Shown: positions 17,487 to 28,334 of the stretch, in pieces
Position numbering within the stretch: the first letter of the stretch is position 1
Layout of the letters: the number at the start of each line of letters is the position of its first letter
IMG/VR virus record: IMGVR_UViG_3300020362_000001
Origin: an uncultured virus (IMG/VR IMGVR_UViG_3300020362_000001)
Lineage: Duplodnaviria > Heunggongvirae > Uroviricota > Caudoviricetes
Length of the DNA: 64,000 bases
Strand: one strand, 5' to 3'
The notes under the pieces: model-generated
What the model was told of the DNA's origin: nothing
The model's input: only the letters and a program-made list of their open reading frames with translations
Databases searched by the model: none
Program-made: the position numbers and the translations under genes

Positions 17487-20400
17487 TGGAAGAAATAACC
17501 GTAATATCTACTGGTTCGGCAGAATTTATTAACCAAAATTATTCTCCTAAAGATGAAAATTTATTTAATACATTTTCATTAAATAGAGATTATGGTGCTC
17601 CACAAGATGTAATTGAGTTACATGTTTTTGATGGTGGAGGATTACTTCTAACCTCTTCTTATGATTTTAATAATTTTCAAACCCAATTAACTGATCCTTC
17701 TTCAAGTTTATTTAATAAAATAATTATTGACCCAGAGGAAGATGTTAAAAATTTAGGTTTTGAAGCAGGTACTTTTAATTTAACTTATTATCCATATAGA
17801 AATATACTTCTAAGTAATGAACAAAGAAGATTTTTTATTAAGGATATTTCTGATGATAGAACAGAACTTAGAATAGTCACAAATGAATTATCATACGATG
17901 CATTAAGTACATCTTATTTTAATTATATAAATTCAAAAGCTAATAAAAGTTTTTATTCCGATTTTCTTTTAAATTTTGGTGATAATAATACAATATTAGG
18001 AGTTAATACTTTATTAGATACTGATTTAACTACCGAACCTAGTGTTTATATAAAATTATATGAAGCACTTCCCGATAATCTGGGAGAAAAAGATACTTTA
18101 TGGCTTTCAGAACAAATATCAGATCCATTTACTTATAAAGTAGATATAAACATATTACCTGATGAAGAAGAAGAAGAAATTACTTTATTAAGGGGACCTA
18201 ATACTAATGTAGATTTAAATTTACAAACTAATGTAACTACAAAATATCTTAATGTAAGTGAAATTTTAGATAGTCCATTAACTTCTTCTTTACAACAAAT
18301 AAAATCTATATTAGAAGAAAAAAGCGTAAATATAAATATAGATTATGAAGATTACAATAATTTTGTCCATTTTTCTTCCGCTTATCAAAGATTAGAAAAT
18401 TTTAAAGAAAAATTAAGATTAATTGAAGGATATCAAAGTGATTTAGATTCTTTTAAAGGATTAGGTCCCTTAACAGATCAAAGCCATATATCATCCTCCA
18501 AAGTAACTTTACAAAATAATATTGATACTATCATTAGACAATTTGATGGGTATGAATATTTTCTTTATTATACTTCTGGATCAAAATCATGGCCTAAATC
18601 CGGCTCTACAGTAGCACCTTATACTAATTGGGGAGTAGATTCTGTATCCGCTTCAGTTTGGTACGGATCAGAAGATGAAAATAGTGACTTTTTTGGAGGT
18701 CAAATACTATCAGCCTCACTTTATAATGATACTAATAGAAACTATATTTGGAATACCCTTCCTGCTTATATAAAAGAGGATCCTCAAAATAGTAATTTAG
18801 AATTATTATCCTCTATGTTAGGTCAACATTTTGATACCTTATGGACTTACACTAGAGCTTTAACAGATATAAAAGATAATGATAATAGAATAAATAAAGG
18901 TATTTCAAAGGACCTAGTAGCGGATACCTTACGTTCTTTAGGTATTAAATTATATACTTCTAATAGAACTAATGAAAATCTATTCCAAGATTTATTAGGC
19001 CTATCACCTTCTGGTTCAGCTACTCCCGATACCGGTTCTCAAAGAGTAGAAACATATGTTTCTGTATCTAATGAAGCTAATACTACAGATAATTTAAATA
19101 AAGAAGTATATAAAAGAATATATAATAATTTACCTTATTTATTAAAAACTAGAGGTACTAGACAAGGTTTAAGAGCATTAATAAATTGTTTTGGAATTCC
19201 TGAAACAATTTTAAAAGTAAATGAATATGGAGGAGATCAGAAAAATGTTCCTACTGTAAATCAAGTTATAGATAGGTTTGCTTATGGGTTAAATACTAAT
19301 CCATTACATTTAACATCATCTATATCATCTAGCACAATAAACATTCCATGGTTACCATTTGTAACTAATTTTTCTGATGAATGGCAATCAGTAAATGTAA
19401 ATTGGAATATTATAGAAGGTGTTTGGAATGGACCTAAAGCGGCTAGTGCAACTCCAGATACAGTAGAATTTAGATTTAAATCAAATGGTATCCCATCTTC
19501 TTCTTACTATAGTCAATCATTATTTCAAGTAAGACAGGATTCTGATACTAAGTTTGGAGTACAATTATTATATCCTTCGGCTTCTAATGCCTCATATGGA
19601 AGTCCTGTATTAAATGATAGATATTCAGTATATGGTGAACTAAGATTTTTCTTATCAGGTTCACAAGGATATGCTAAAACAGAACCTATTTATGCCCCAT
19701 TCTTCTCTGGTAGTTGGTGGTCATTAAAGTTAAACAGAGAAACTAGTAGTGTCTTTATATTTGATAGTGGTTCAAATCAAGATTATACATTAACAGTAAA
19801 AAGTACTGATTATAATGGTAAAGATGGTACTTTTATAAAATATCAAGCATCACAAAGTTTACATATTAATGGAACAACATCTGCATCATATAATGGTTCT
19901 TGGCATGACTTTAGATATAGTTCAGGAAATTTAGTATTAGATGGACATTTAGGAGGTACTGGTAGCAATAATGTATTATCACCAGATGGAGTAGTATTTG
20001 ATGGTGCTTTCCAAGAGGCAAGAATGTGGTCAACTATATTAAGTGAATCTGCCTTTAATCAACATGTATTAGATCCACGTTCTATAAGATCAAATGAAGT
20101 TACTTCATCAATGTTTGATCTAATATTTAGACTACCCTTAGGAAATGATTTACAAATATCAGGTTCATTTGGAGACAATAAAGTAACCTCAGTACATCCA
20201 TCCATAACTGGTTCATTTGTACCTACAGCTTCTTTCTTCTTAGGTACTGGTTCTTCTACTGTTTCTTATGGAATAATAACGAATTTTACCGGTTCAAGTT
20301 ATCAACCAACGGAATACTTTGCATTAGTAGAATCACCTAATTTAGGCGCTTATAATCCCGTAGATGATAAAATTAGGATAAAAAATACATCTCAAGTTTC

Positions 20401-22897
20401 TGGTTCAACTTTATCACCTTATGTATCCATACAAGATATTTCTTTCCCTCCTAACCAAGAAACTATTGATGTAAATGATGTAGAAGTAGCTATATCACCA
20501 CAAGATAGCATAAATAAAGATATTACAGAACAGTTAGGATATTTTAACATAGATGAATTTATAGGTGATCCTAAGTTAGCTTTATCATCATCCTATGATG
20601 GGCTAGATCATGTTAAAAAATTCTATTTTGATAAATACTTTAGAAAACAAAATATTACTGATATAGTTCAATTATTATCATATTTTGATAGTTCATTATT
20701 TAAAATGATTAGGGATTTCGTTCCTGCTTCAACTGAATTATCAACTGGATTTTTAATTAAATCTCATTTATTAGAAAGAAATAAAACTAAAAGATTTGAT
20801 CCTTCATTTACATTTATAGACTTTAGTGGTTCATTAACTGTACCTAGTATAACTGGTTCAAATCCAATGAATGAAAATCTAGATACAAGCTATACTGGAA
20901 AAATTTTAATCCCATCTAGTTCGGCTAATACTATTACTGCATCGGGGGTAACTTTTAATTTTACTGATAATAGAGAACCAATAACAGGAGAATTTAGTGG
21001 AAGTGAATTTACAGCATATACTCAACCTACTTCTAGTATGGTTACAGAAAAAAGTTTATTTAGAGTAGGTCCTGATACATCCACAGCTGCATCATTTTCA
21101 TTAATACCTTTTAACCCAGAATTAAATAATGTTATTGAAGCAAGAAAATCTAATCAATTTATGGATGTGGATTATTCTACTAATATTATAACACCTGTAA
21201 ATATAGGATTTATTACTAGTAGATCTATAGGTGATATTACTGAAGCTGATAGTCCTTTTTTAGATGCACCTATTCAAGATAGTAATTATTCTTTACAAAG
21301 ATATTTAAGACCTAGATATTTAGGTTCTAAAACAATATCTCAAGAATATAACGTTTATAATGAAGGAGATGAATCATATGGATCTTCTCCCTCAATAGAT
21401 TTAAACTCTTTAAAATTTGCTTATTTTTCAGAAATTGTAGAAACAGGATCCGCATTTCCAGAAAGGGCAAATGTGTATTTAAAATATTTAATTGATGGAA
21501 GATCTAATGTAGTTGAATTAACTAGGGAAAATGAATTTATATTTGAAGTACAAAATATATTTAATCAAAAGAAACAATTAGATATATCTTTAGATAATAA
21601 TATAGAATTTTCTGAACAAAAATATTTAGATGGTATAAAACCAATATATGCTGGAGGGTTTAGTTATTTACCTATGTTGCAAAACCCTACTGGAAGTAGT
21701 ACTTTAGTATATAAATTTACTACGGGATCTATAGAAACTGAAGACCAAGGAGATATCTTACCTTTACCTGATAGTTTAGAAGGTAATTATGTACAAATAG
21801 GTAATTATGAATTAGGAAACATTCAAGTTGTTAGTGGAAGTAACTTTGTATCTATAGCAGGAACACCTTCTATTAATTTAACTAGAAATACACCTGTAAA
21901 TAGAGATTCTATTTGGTGGGATAATGATTTATTAATTAATGTAGAAGGAGAATTAGAGTTAAAATTAACAATTCCTAAAAATCCTTCTGCTTCATTTGAT
22001 GATTTAAGATGGAATCCGTTTAATGGTACTTCCCCATTACAGTCCTCTTCAGTTGACCTGGGAGAATCGGCTATAATAAAAGCTGTTTATTATGTAAGTA
22101 ATTCTGCTGTAGTACCTAAAAATACAGATTCCACTAATGCATTATTAGAATACTCAGATTCTGCATTAGGAGGAGTTTTTCAAACCTCTGATACTAATCC
22201 TTTAATAGGTAGTGCATCATTAGAAATAGGATTACAATCAGCCCAATATTCAGTACCAAAACAAACTTATTATTATCCATCTGATCCTATAGTCAGTATA
22301 ACAGGTAGTATTACTGATGGAGGAGATGCTGATAATGGAGGAGCATTTTTCCTAAGAAATAATACGGGTTCATTTAATATTTTAACAGCTTCCGTGTCTA
22401 TGTCAACCCATTTTGGTAATTTCCAACAATCATCTTCTATATATGTTTCTCAATCCGATTCATTTGGTGTAGTAGATGAAGAATTTTTTATTGAAGAAGG
22501 GGATATTTTTAGATTTGTAGATAAAAAAGCGGGATCGGCTGGTACAGGTAGTGGAGTATTTCCAAGAGAATTTGAAAGACAAGTAAAAAGAGTAAATACT
22601 GTACTTAGAGATGAAGTAACTAATACTAGAAGAATAACAATTGAATTTGACAAAGACATACCAGCCAGAGCTTGTGAAGATTTTACAACGGCTGCTAATG
22701 GTAATAATGCCAGACAAATAAAAAGATTTGTAATTTTAAAGAAAGTAGAAGATGAAACCAACATAGTTTTAGATTTTCCTAAACAACCTGGTAAAACATC
22801 TTCCGGAATTATATTATCTAGTGATACACCTAAAATTATAAAGGATAGAGCTGGTAATATAGTTAAAGAATTAAAATCACAAAATTTAATTTCATAA
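17486..22897 (+). CDS. Very large baseplate protein (gp7/P2 gpI-like core plus LamG-like domain)
   Basis: LLKTRGTRQGLRALINCFG; TVEFRFK...FDGAFQEARMW. Confidence 0.7.
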   Translation: MEEITVISTGSAEFINQNYSPKDENLFNTFSLNRDYGAPQDVIELHVFDGGGLLLTSSYDFNNFQTQLTDPSSSLFNKIIIDPEEDVKNLGFEAGTFNLTYYPYRNILLSNEQRRFFIKDISDDRTELRIVTNELSYDALSTSYFNYINSKANKSFYSDFLLNFGDNNTILGVNTLLDTDLTTEPSVYIKLYEALPDNLGEKDTLWLSEQISDPFTYKVDINILPDEEEEEITLLRGPNTNVDLNLQTNVTTKYLNVSEILDSPLTSSLQQIKSILEEKSVNINIDYEDYNNFVHFSSAYQRLENFKEKLRLIEGYQSDLDSFKGLGPLTDQSHISSSKVTLQNNIDTIIRQFDGYEYFLYYTSGSKSWPKSGSTVAPYTNWGVDSVSASVWYGSEDENSDFFGGQILSASLYNDTNRNYIWNTLPAYIKEDPQNSNLELLSSMLGQHFDTLWTYTRALTDIKDNDNRINKGISKDLVADTLRSLGIKLYTSNRTNENLFQDLLGLSPSGSATPDTGSQRVETYVSVSNEANTTDNLNKEVYKRIYNNLPYLLKTRGTRQGLRALINCFGIPETILKVNEYGGDQKNVPTVNQVIDRFAYGLNTNPLHLTSSISSSTINIPWLPFVTNFSDEWQSVNVNWNIIEGVWNGPKAASATPDTVEFRFKSNGIPSSSYYSQSLFQVRQDSDTKFGVQLLYPSASNASYGSPVLNDRYSVYGELRFFLSGSQGYAKTEPIYAPFFSGSWWSLKLNRETSSVFIFDSGSNQDYTLTVKSTDYNGKDGTFIKYQASQSLHINGTTSASYNGSWHDFRYSSGNLVLDGHLGGTGSNNVLSPDGVVFDGAFQEARMWSTILSESAFNQHVLDPRSIRSNEVTSSMFDLIFRLPLGNDLQISGSFGDNKVTSVHPSITGSFVPTASFFLGTGSSTVSYGIITNFTGSSYQPTEYFALVESPNLGAYNPVDDKIRIKNTSQVSGSTLSPYVSIQDISFPPNQETIDVNDVEVAISPQDSINKDITEQLGYFNIDEFIGDPKLALSSSYDGLDHVKKFYFDKYFRKQNITDIVQLLSYFDSSLFKMIRDFVPASTELSTGFLIKSHLLERNKTKRFDPSFTFIDFSGSLTVPSITGSNPMNENLDTSYTGKILIPSSSANTITASGVTFNFTDNREPITGEFSGSEFTAYTQPTSSMVTEKSLFRVGPDTSTAASFSLIPFNPELNNVIEARKSNQFMDVDYSTNIITPVNIGFITSRSIGDITEADSPFLDAPIQDSNYSLQRYLRPRYLGSKTISQEYNVYNEGDESYGSSPSIDLNSLKFAYFSEIVETGSAFPERANVYLKYLIDGRSNVVELTRENEFIFEVQNIFNQKKQLDISLDNNIEFSEQKYLDGIKPIYAGGFSYLPMLQNPTGSSTLVYKFTTGSIETEDQGDILPLPDSLEGNYVQIGNYELGNIQVVSGSNFVSIAGTPSINLTRNTPVNRDSIWWDNDLLINVEGELELKLTIPKNPSASFDDLRWNPFNGTSPLQSSSVDLGESAIIKAVYYVSNSAVVPKNTDSTNALLEYSDSALGGVFQTSDTNPLIGSASLEIGLQSAQYSVPKQTYYYPSDPIVSITGSITDGGDADNGGAFFLRNNTGSFNILTASVSMSTHFGNFQQSSSIYVSQSDSFGVVDEEFFIEEGDIFRFVDKKAGSAGTGSGVFPREFERQVKRVNTVLRDEVTNTRRITIEFDKDIPARACEDFTTAANGNNARQIKRFVILKKVEDETNIVLDFPKQPGKTSSGIILSSDTPKIIKDRAGNIVKELKSQNLIS

Positions 22898-22912
22898 AAA
22901 AAGAAAAATACT

Positions 22913-22920
22913 ATATTTAT
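22913..22920 (+). promoter_or_regulatory. Late promoter motif ATATTTAT
   Basis: Intergenic before ORF 22939. Confidence 0.65.
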
Positions 22921-22938
22921 ATATAACAAGAATAAACC

Positions 22939-23598
22939 ATGGGATACTTAAACAATATTACAGTTACTGTAGATGCCATCCTAACAAAAAAAGGACGTGA
23001 ATTATTAGCACGAAATGATGGCTCTTTTCAAATTACACAATTTTCTTTAGCTGATGATGAAATAGATTATACACTATATAATCCTAATCACCCATCTGGC
23101 TCCGCTTTTTATGGAGAAGCTATTGAAAATATGCCCGTTATAGAGGCGTTTCCGGATGAAACACAAATAATGAAATATAAATTGCTTACTTTACCTAGAG
23201 GTACTGCTAAGTTACCTGTTTTAGAATTAGGATTTACTACTATTACTCTGAAACAAGGTGCATCACTATCATTAACACCTCAAACATTAAATTATCTAGG
23301 AACCGATTCAACATTTGAAGCAAGTGGTTATACTGCTACTATAGGGGATTCTAGAACATTACAAACTTTTGAAGGTGTAGGTGTAAATACGGCAGATGCT
23401 GCAGATTTAAATACAACTAGTACTATTGGAACTAATGTCTCCAGAACAGTAATAGGTACTACTTTAAATTTAACAGCCACAACTGTTAATACATTATTTG
23501 GAACTTCAACTACCTTAAATACAATATTAACTGTTACTGGTAGAGATTCTGGAGCACGTTTAACAATCCCTGTGAATATAACTAAAGTAACTACATAA
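22939..23598 (+). CDS. Baseplate/fibre attachment protein
   Basis: DAILTKKGRELLA...ITQFSLADDEIDY resembles tail-fibre attachment N-termini. Confidence 0.65.
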   Translation: MGYLNNITVTVDAILTKKGRELLARNDGSFQITQFSLADDEIDYTLYNPNHPSGSAFYGEAIENMPVIEAFPDETQIMKYKLLTLPRGTAKLPVLELGFTTITLKQGASLSLTPQTLNYLGTDSTFEASGYTATIGDSRTLQTFEGVGVNTADAADLNTTSTIGTNVSRTVIGTTLNLTATTVNTLFGTSTTLNTILTVTGRDSGARLTIPVNITKVTT

Positions 23599-23609
23599 AA
23601 TAATATAAT

Positions 23610-24650
23610 ATGAGCTTCGTAAGTTTAAACGCCAGTGATTTTGTAGTTAGCGCAGATTCCATAACTTCTACTTTATGGACGGGAGGAGTACCTACATTAA
23701 ATAATTTTTTTACATCTTCAGCTACATCTTCATTTAATTTCTTTTTAGATGTTTTTCAGACTAGTTCAGTAAGATCTGATGCTGAAGTACAATTTTCAAT
23801 TGCCTATGGAGAGGTAGAAGGTTCAGGTTCAGCTCCATTTAATAATTTAGTAACAGGAAGTTCTCCTTCAAAAGTATCATATGGTCAATATAGAACTTTA
23901 GTGAATGGAGATGAAAATACTAATTTTAGTTTTGGAACAGGAAATACAGATTCTAGAGATATTTATGTCTTAAATATTAATAGAGCAAGATATAAAGAAA
24001 AAATATTCCCAGGAACATTTAATTTAGTACTATCAGGTTCGGATGGTACTAACCCAGCAAGAGTACAATTAACTGATAATTCTAAAGATGTTACAGCTTT
24101 AACATTTACTGATGCAGGTAGAGTATTTGATATTGTAAGTGGAACTAATGGTAGTGCTGTATCTACAGCTGTAACAGGAGGTATTACTGCTGGATTTACT
24201 CCATCAGGTTCATACGGTAAATTTTTACCTGATGTAGGATTAATAATATTAAATCCTAGAGCATTAGCATTATCTCAATCATTAGGAGGAGTAGGATTAA
24301 CTATTAATGATGATTTAACCGATACTGCAATGGTAGCTAATAATAGTAATTTATTTGAAAGTATAAAATTAGCTCAAACCTTTTCACTTAATTCAGAAGA
24401 AACTATTACATCTGATTTTGTATTTGTTAGAGTAAGAAATACAGATTTTAATTATTCAACTAACCCTTCTATGATTAGTGGTAGTGGAGAATTTGTACAC
24501 TCAAGTTTAATTAATAACCCTCAAACATTTATTACTACAGTAGGATTATATAATGACGCTAATGAGTTATTATCAGTAGCTAAATTATCCAAACCACTCG
24601 TTAAAGATTTTACTAAGGAAGCTCTTGTAAGAGTAAAATTAGATTTTTAA
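23610..24650 (+). CDS. Baseplate/tail-collar-like structural protein
   Basis: C-terminal ITTVGLYNDANELLSVAKLSKPLVK motif. Confidence 0.65.
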   Translation: MSFVSLNASDFVVSADSITSTLWTGGVPTLNNFFTSSATSSFNFFLDVFQTSSVRSDAEVQFSIAYGEVEGSGSAPFNNLVTGSSPSKVSYGQYRTLVNGDENTNFSFGTGNTDSRDIYVLNINRARYKEKIFPGTFNLVLSGSDGTNPARVQLTDNSKDVTALTFTDAGRVFDIVSGTNGSAVSTAVTGGITAGFTPSGSYGKFLPDVGLIILNPRALALSQSLGGVGLTINDDLTDTAMVANNSNLFESIKLAQTFSLNSEETITSDFVFVRVRNTDFNYSTNPSMISGSGEFVHSSLINNPQTFITTVGLYNDANELLSVAKLSKPLVKDFTKEALVRVKLDF

Positions 24651-24653
24651 TGA

Positions 24654-27600
24654 ATGAGCTTTGCATACAAAAAATTAAAACCGTCTGACTTTTCGTCAAC
24701 ACCGTATGTAGCTAATAAGTTATATGACATTCCATCCTCATCTTACGATGATTTAGGTGTCAAAATTTATGTAGGTGAATATGTACCTATAAAAAATCTA
24801 GATTTTGATCCCGTAAATGATAATAAAGATATTGATGGTAATTATAGAAGATTAATTTTTGATTCTGTAGTACATTTATACTATTCAAATTATGTAACAG
24901 AATCTTCAGCCCAAATACCTTATCCTACTAATACTAACCAATTTTGGCATTCATCTTCTTATGATAATTATTCTCAAACTACTTTAGCATCCGGTTCTTT
25001 TGATGCCACAATAAGAAAATTACCGTATTTTACTTCTTCATTTAGTGAATATGATGCATCAGGTTCTTCTATTTATGATTTAACTACTTATTTTGCTGAA
25101 AATAATGCTAAGATAAGAGTAGTAACTATACCACAAAATATATTTGGTAATGGGGTACAACCACATACATTTGAACTTTCTGGTTCGGGTTATATTATAA
25201 GAGATGATGGACTAGGTAATTTATTTGATTATAGTGATTTTGAGGATGATTATTCATCTGCCAAATATTCTGATCCTGAGGCAACATATTATAATTCAGG
25301 TTCCAAAGTATACGTAGGGAATATATTTTATTCACATGGTGTAGCAGTTATATCTAATGAAGATTATTTATGTTTTGCAGCTACTAACCCAGTAGCAAGA
25401 AATGATTATCTTACTTTTACTAATACACAAAGAAATAAAACTATAAGATTATTAGATAGTGATTTTGATGATTGTTCAGAAATAGATACTGGTTCTATTA
25501 CTTTACACACTGATCCTAATAGTAATTTCCCCGATACAAGCATTAGTGCTCAGGGAGATTTACTTATTACTCCTAATCTATCTGGTTCACAACCCGGAAA
25601 TTATAAAATAAATTATACTGTAAATAATACTTTAGGGTTACCTAGTAATACAGCATCCATAGATTTAACTTTAGACACTTTACCTTTATCTTCTAGTATT
25701 GTTGCTTTAACTCAATCATGTTTTGGAAGTAACAGTTCTGCTTCTGTAACATTTTCATTTGATCAAGGAGTTCCTCCTTATAGTTATTCTTTAAATGTAG
25801 ATGGATTTTCTGATTACACCCCTTTAACCACATCATCAAATGATTTATATCAACCAGTAGTTTCGGCTTCTATATTACCTACTAGATCATTAATTCTAAG
25901 TGTAAAAGATGCGGAAAATACCCTTTATACACAGTCTATAGATACATCTTTTACTGCTATAGATAGAAATGTTTATGCTAGTGCTGTATCAAGTAATGAT
26001 ACTAATGATGGTAAAATTATAGTAAGTGCAAGTGGTGCCACAGGAGTAATATCGGCTTCTTTATCTGCATCTTTTTCCAATTCTATAGAAACACCCCTTA
26101 CATTTTCAGCATTAACTGAAGCAACTTATTCCGTATATTTTAAAGATAGTAATGGATGTACTGATACTTCATCTGTTATAGTAGGTAAAATACAACCTGT
26201 AACAGCTAGTTATACCGTAACAAATGCTTCAGCTTTTAGTGCTTCAGATGGTAGTTTTATACAAAGAAGAGATATACCAATAGAGGGAGGAAGATTACCA
26301 TTAACATGGAGTTGGTCAGGTTCAACGGGATATACTACAAATTCAATAGATGCAATAAATGCCCCTTCAGGTACTTATACTTTAAATGTTTTTGATGCTA
26401 ATAATGCAACTTATAGTTTTAACTATGATTTATTATCACCTGCTATAATGAATTTTACGGCATCTATTGATTATAGTAGTTCTTTAAGCAGTTCAATTAA
26501 AATAACTAATTTAGTGGGTGGGTTAGAGCCGTATAATATTACAGCATCTACTTTAGAATCTAATTATTTTTTAACGGCATCTGCTGGAGATACTACTATA
26601 GAATTAAACGCAGCACAACTTTCATCAGGTTCAGCTAGTCTCTTTATTCAAGATGCTGCAAGTGCTAGTTTATTTTCAGCTTCCATACAAAATATAAATT
26701 TAAGTGGTTCTCTTTCTAGTTCTGCAGTAATAGGAACTTCAGCTAGTTTAGAATATTATGCTAGAAAATGGGAAATAAGTCAGTCATTTTGTGAGAATAC
26801 TACTGGAAGTGCCTCTCCGGCCAAAAGAAATTTAAATTTTTATTCTTATACTGGTTCAGCTTGGGTTAAAGTGTTAGTAAGATCAGGAAGTGAAGCAGCA
26901 GTACAGTTTGATACCTCTGGTAGTGCAACTGGTAGTTTTGCCTGGACTAATAACGATACAATTTATATAGATGTACAAACAGGATCATCACATGCATTTT
27001 CTGTTAGAAGAGAATATAGTGGATCCGGAGATGTAAGTGGAACAATAGCTAATGTAACTGGTAGTGAAATAACTAATTCGGCTATAGTAACAGGTAGTTT
27101 AAGATTAGATGATTTTGCGGACAATAGGGATGTATCTCTACCATTTGGATTAAATTATGCTACCCCCACAATGCATATTACAGCATCTAAAGTTAATTTT
27201 GAGGATAGTATAACTAATATTAATTTTAAATTTGATAAACACATTCAATTAGCAAAAGTTAGAGATAACTTTACAGGTAGTGCAAATACATTATCAACTA
27301 CAGGTAGTAATGGTAGTGGATCTAATTTTATAGCTAGAAATGATGAATTTATTAATGAATTATATGGTAATACAGGTAGTTATTTTGGTCCAAATAGAGA
27401 TTTATTTAGAGATACTTATCCATTTGGTAATATAATGAATACTAATTTTGGTACTAATATATTATATACTAGTGGAAAAATATTTAGTGGTTCTGTATCC
27501 GCTAGTGCTTTGGGTGTAGGTGATTCAAATGATGTATATTATTCTACTGTAAGAACTGATAAAGTATTTTTATCTGCTATGGATGTAGATAGTGTTGATT

Positions 27601-28334
27601 TCTTTGAAGCATCATCCTTTACTAGTGCTAGTTTCTTTAATAGTGATCCATTATCACCTAGAACTAATTTAAGTCCTGTTACATATAAAAATCATACTAT
27701 ATATGCTGGATCTCAAGCTATGGAAAATGATTTAATGTATATTATGATCACTAGAGAAGATGAAGATGTAAATATGAATTTACCTTCAGGACTAGGTGGA
27801 GGAGAAATATTTACTAGAAGAATACAATTAACTAAAGATATAAATAGAATATATTATTTATTTGTTTCACCTGAAATTGGCCCTTCATTTATTAATAATC
27901 ACACCAGTTCATTTGCTGTAACTGTACAGGCATATAGTGAAGGAAATAGATATAATATAGATGATGAAAAACAAGCTACTATTACTTTAAGAAGAGGAGT
28001 AAGTGCTTCATTAGTACAATCGGATGCCAGTAATGATGGTCACCCTATTAGGTTATCTACTACTGAAAATGGTACACATAATGGTGGAGTAGCATATACG
28101 GGTTCTAATAATGGTGTTAGTTATAATGGGACGGCAGGTTCTAGTGGTGAATTAAGTATTAATTTACCTGCAGATGCACCTAGTACATTATATTACTATT
28201 GTACTAATCACTCTAATATGGGAGGTAGAATAAATGTATTTAACTCAAGTTCTGTTATACAAGAAGATGTAGATAATAGAGCCATAGCAATAGGAAAATA
28301 TTTTATAGATAACGTAATTGATAATTATGCCTAA
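24654..28334 (+). CDS. Large fibre/adhesin: collar-like N-terminus, Ig-like domain, SprB-like repeats, C-terminal cupredoxin-like domain
   Basis: NPVARND; DGKIIVSASGATG...TYSVYFKDSNGC; GHPIRLS...YYYCTNHSNMGG. Confidence 0.7.
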   Translation: MSFAYKKLKPSDFSSTPYVANKLYDIPSSSYDDLGVKIYVGEYVPIKNLDFDPVNDNKDIDGNYRRLIFDSVVHLYYSNYVTESSAQIPYPTNTNQFWHSSSYDNYSQTTLASGSFDATIRKLPYFTSSFSEYDASGSSIYDLTTYFAENNAKIRVVTIPQNIFGNGVQPHTFELSGSGYIIRDDGLGNLFDYSDFEDDYSSAKYSDPEATYYNSGSKVYVGNIFYSHGVAVISNEDYLCFAATNPVARNDYLTFTNTQRNKTIRLLDSDFDDCSEIDTGSITLHTDPNSNFPDTSISAQGDLLITPNLSGSQPGNYKINYTVNNTLGLPSNTASIDLTLDTLPLSSSIVALTQSCFGSNSSASVTFSFDQGVPPYSYSLNVDGFSDYTPLTTSSNDLYQPVVSASILPTRSLILSVKDAENTLYTQSIDTSFTAIDRNVYASAVSSNDTNDGKIIVSASGATGVISASLSASFSNSIETPLTFSALTEATYSVYFKDSNGCTDTSSVIVGKIQPVTASYTVTNASAFSASDGSFIQRRDIPIEGGRLPLTWSWSGSTGYTTNSIDAINAPSGTYTLNVFDANNATYSFNYDLLSPAIMNFTASIDYSSSLSSSIKITNLVGGLEPYNITASTLESNYFLTASAGDTTIELNAAQLSSGSASLFIQDAASASLFSASIQNINLSGSLSSSAVIGTSASLEYYARKWEISQSFCENTTGSASPAKRNLNFYSYTGSAWVKVLVRSGSEAAVQFDTSGSATGSFAWTNNDTIYIDVQTGSSHAFSVRREYSGSGDVSGTIANVTGSEITNSAIVTGSLRLDDFADNRDVSLPFGLNYATPTMHITASKVNFEDSITNINFKFDKHIQLAKVRDNFTGSANTLSTTGSNGSGSNFIARNDEFINELYGNTGSYFGPNRDLFRDTYPFGNIMNTNFGTNILYTSGKIFSGSVSASALGVGDSNDVYYSTVRTDKVFLSAMDVDSVDFFEASSFTSASFFNSDPLSPRTNLSPVTYKNHTIYAGSQAMENDLMYIMITREDEDVNMNLPSGLGGGEIFTRRIQLTKDINRIYYLFVSPEIGPSFINNHTSSFAVTVQAYSEGNRYNIDDEKQATITLRRGVSASLVQSDASNDGHPIRLSTTENGTHNGGVAYTGSNNGVSYNGTAGSSGELSINLPADAPSTLYYYCTNHSNMGGRINVFNSSSVIQEDVDNRAIAIGKYFIDNVIDNYA

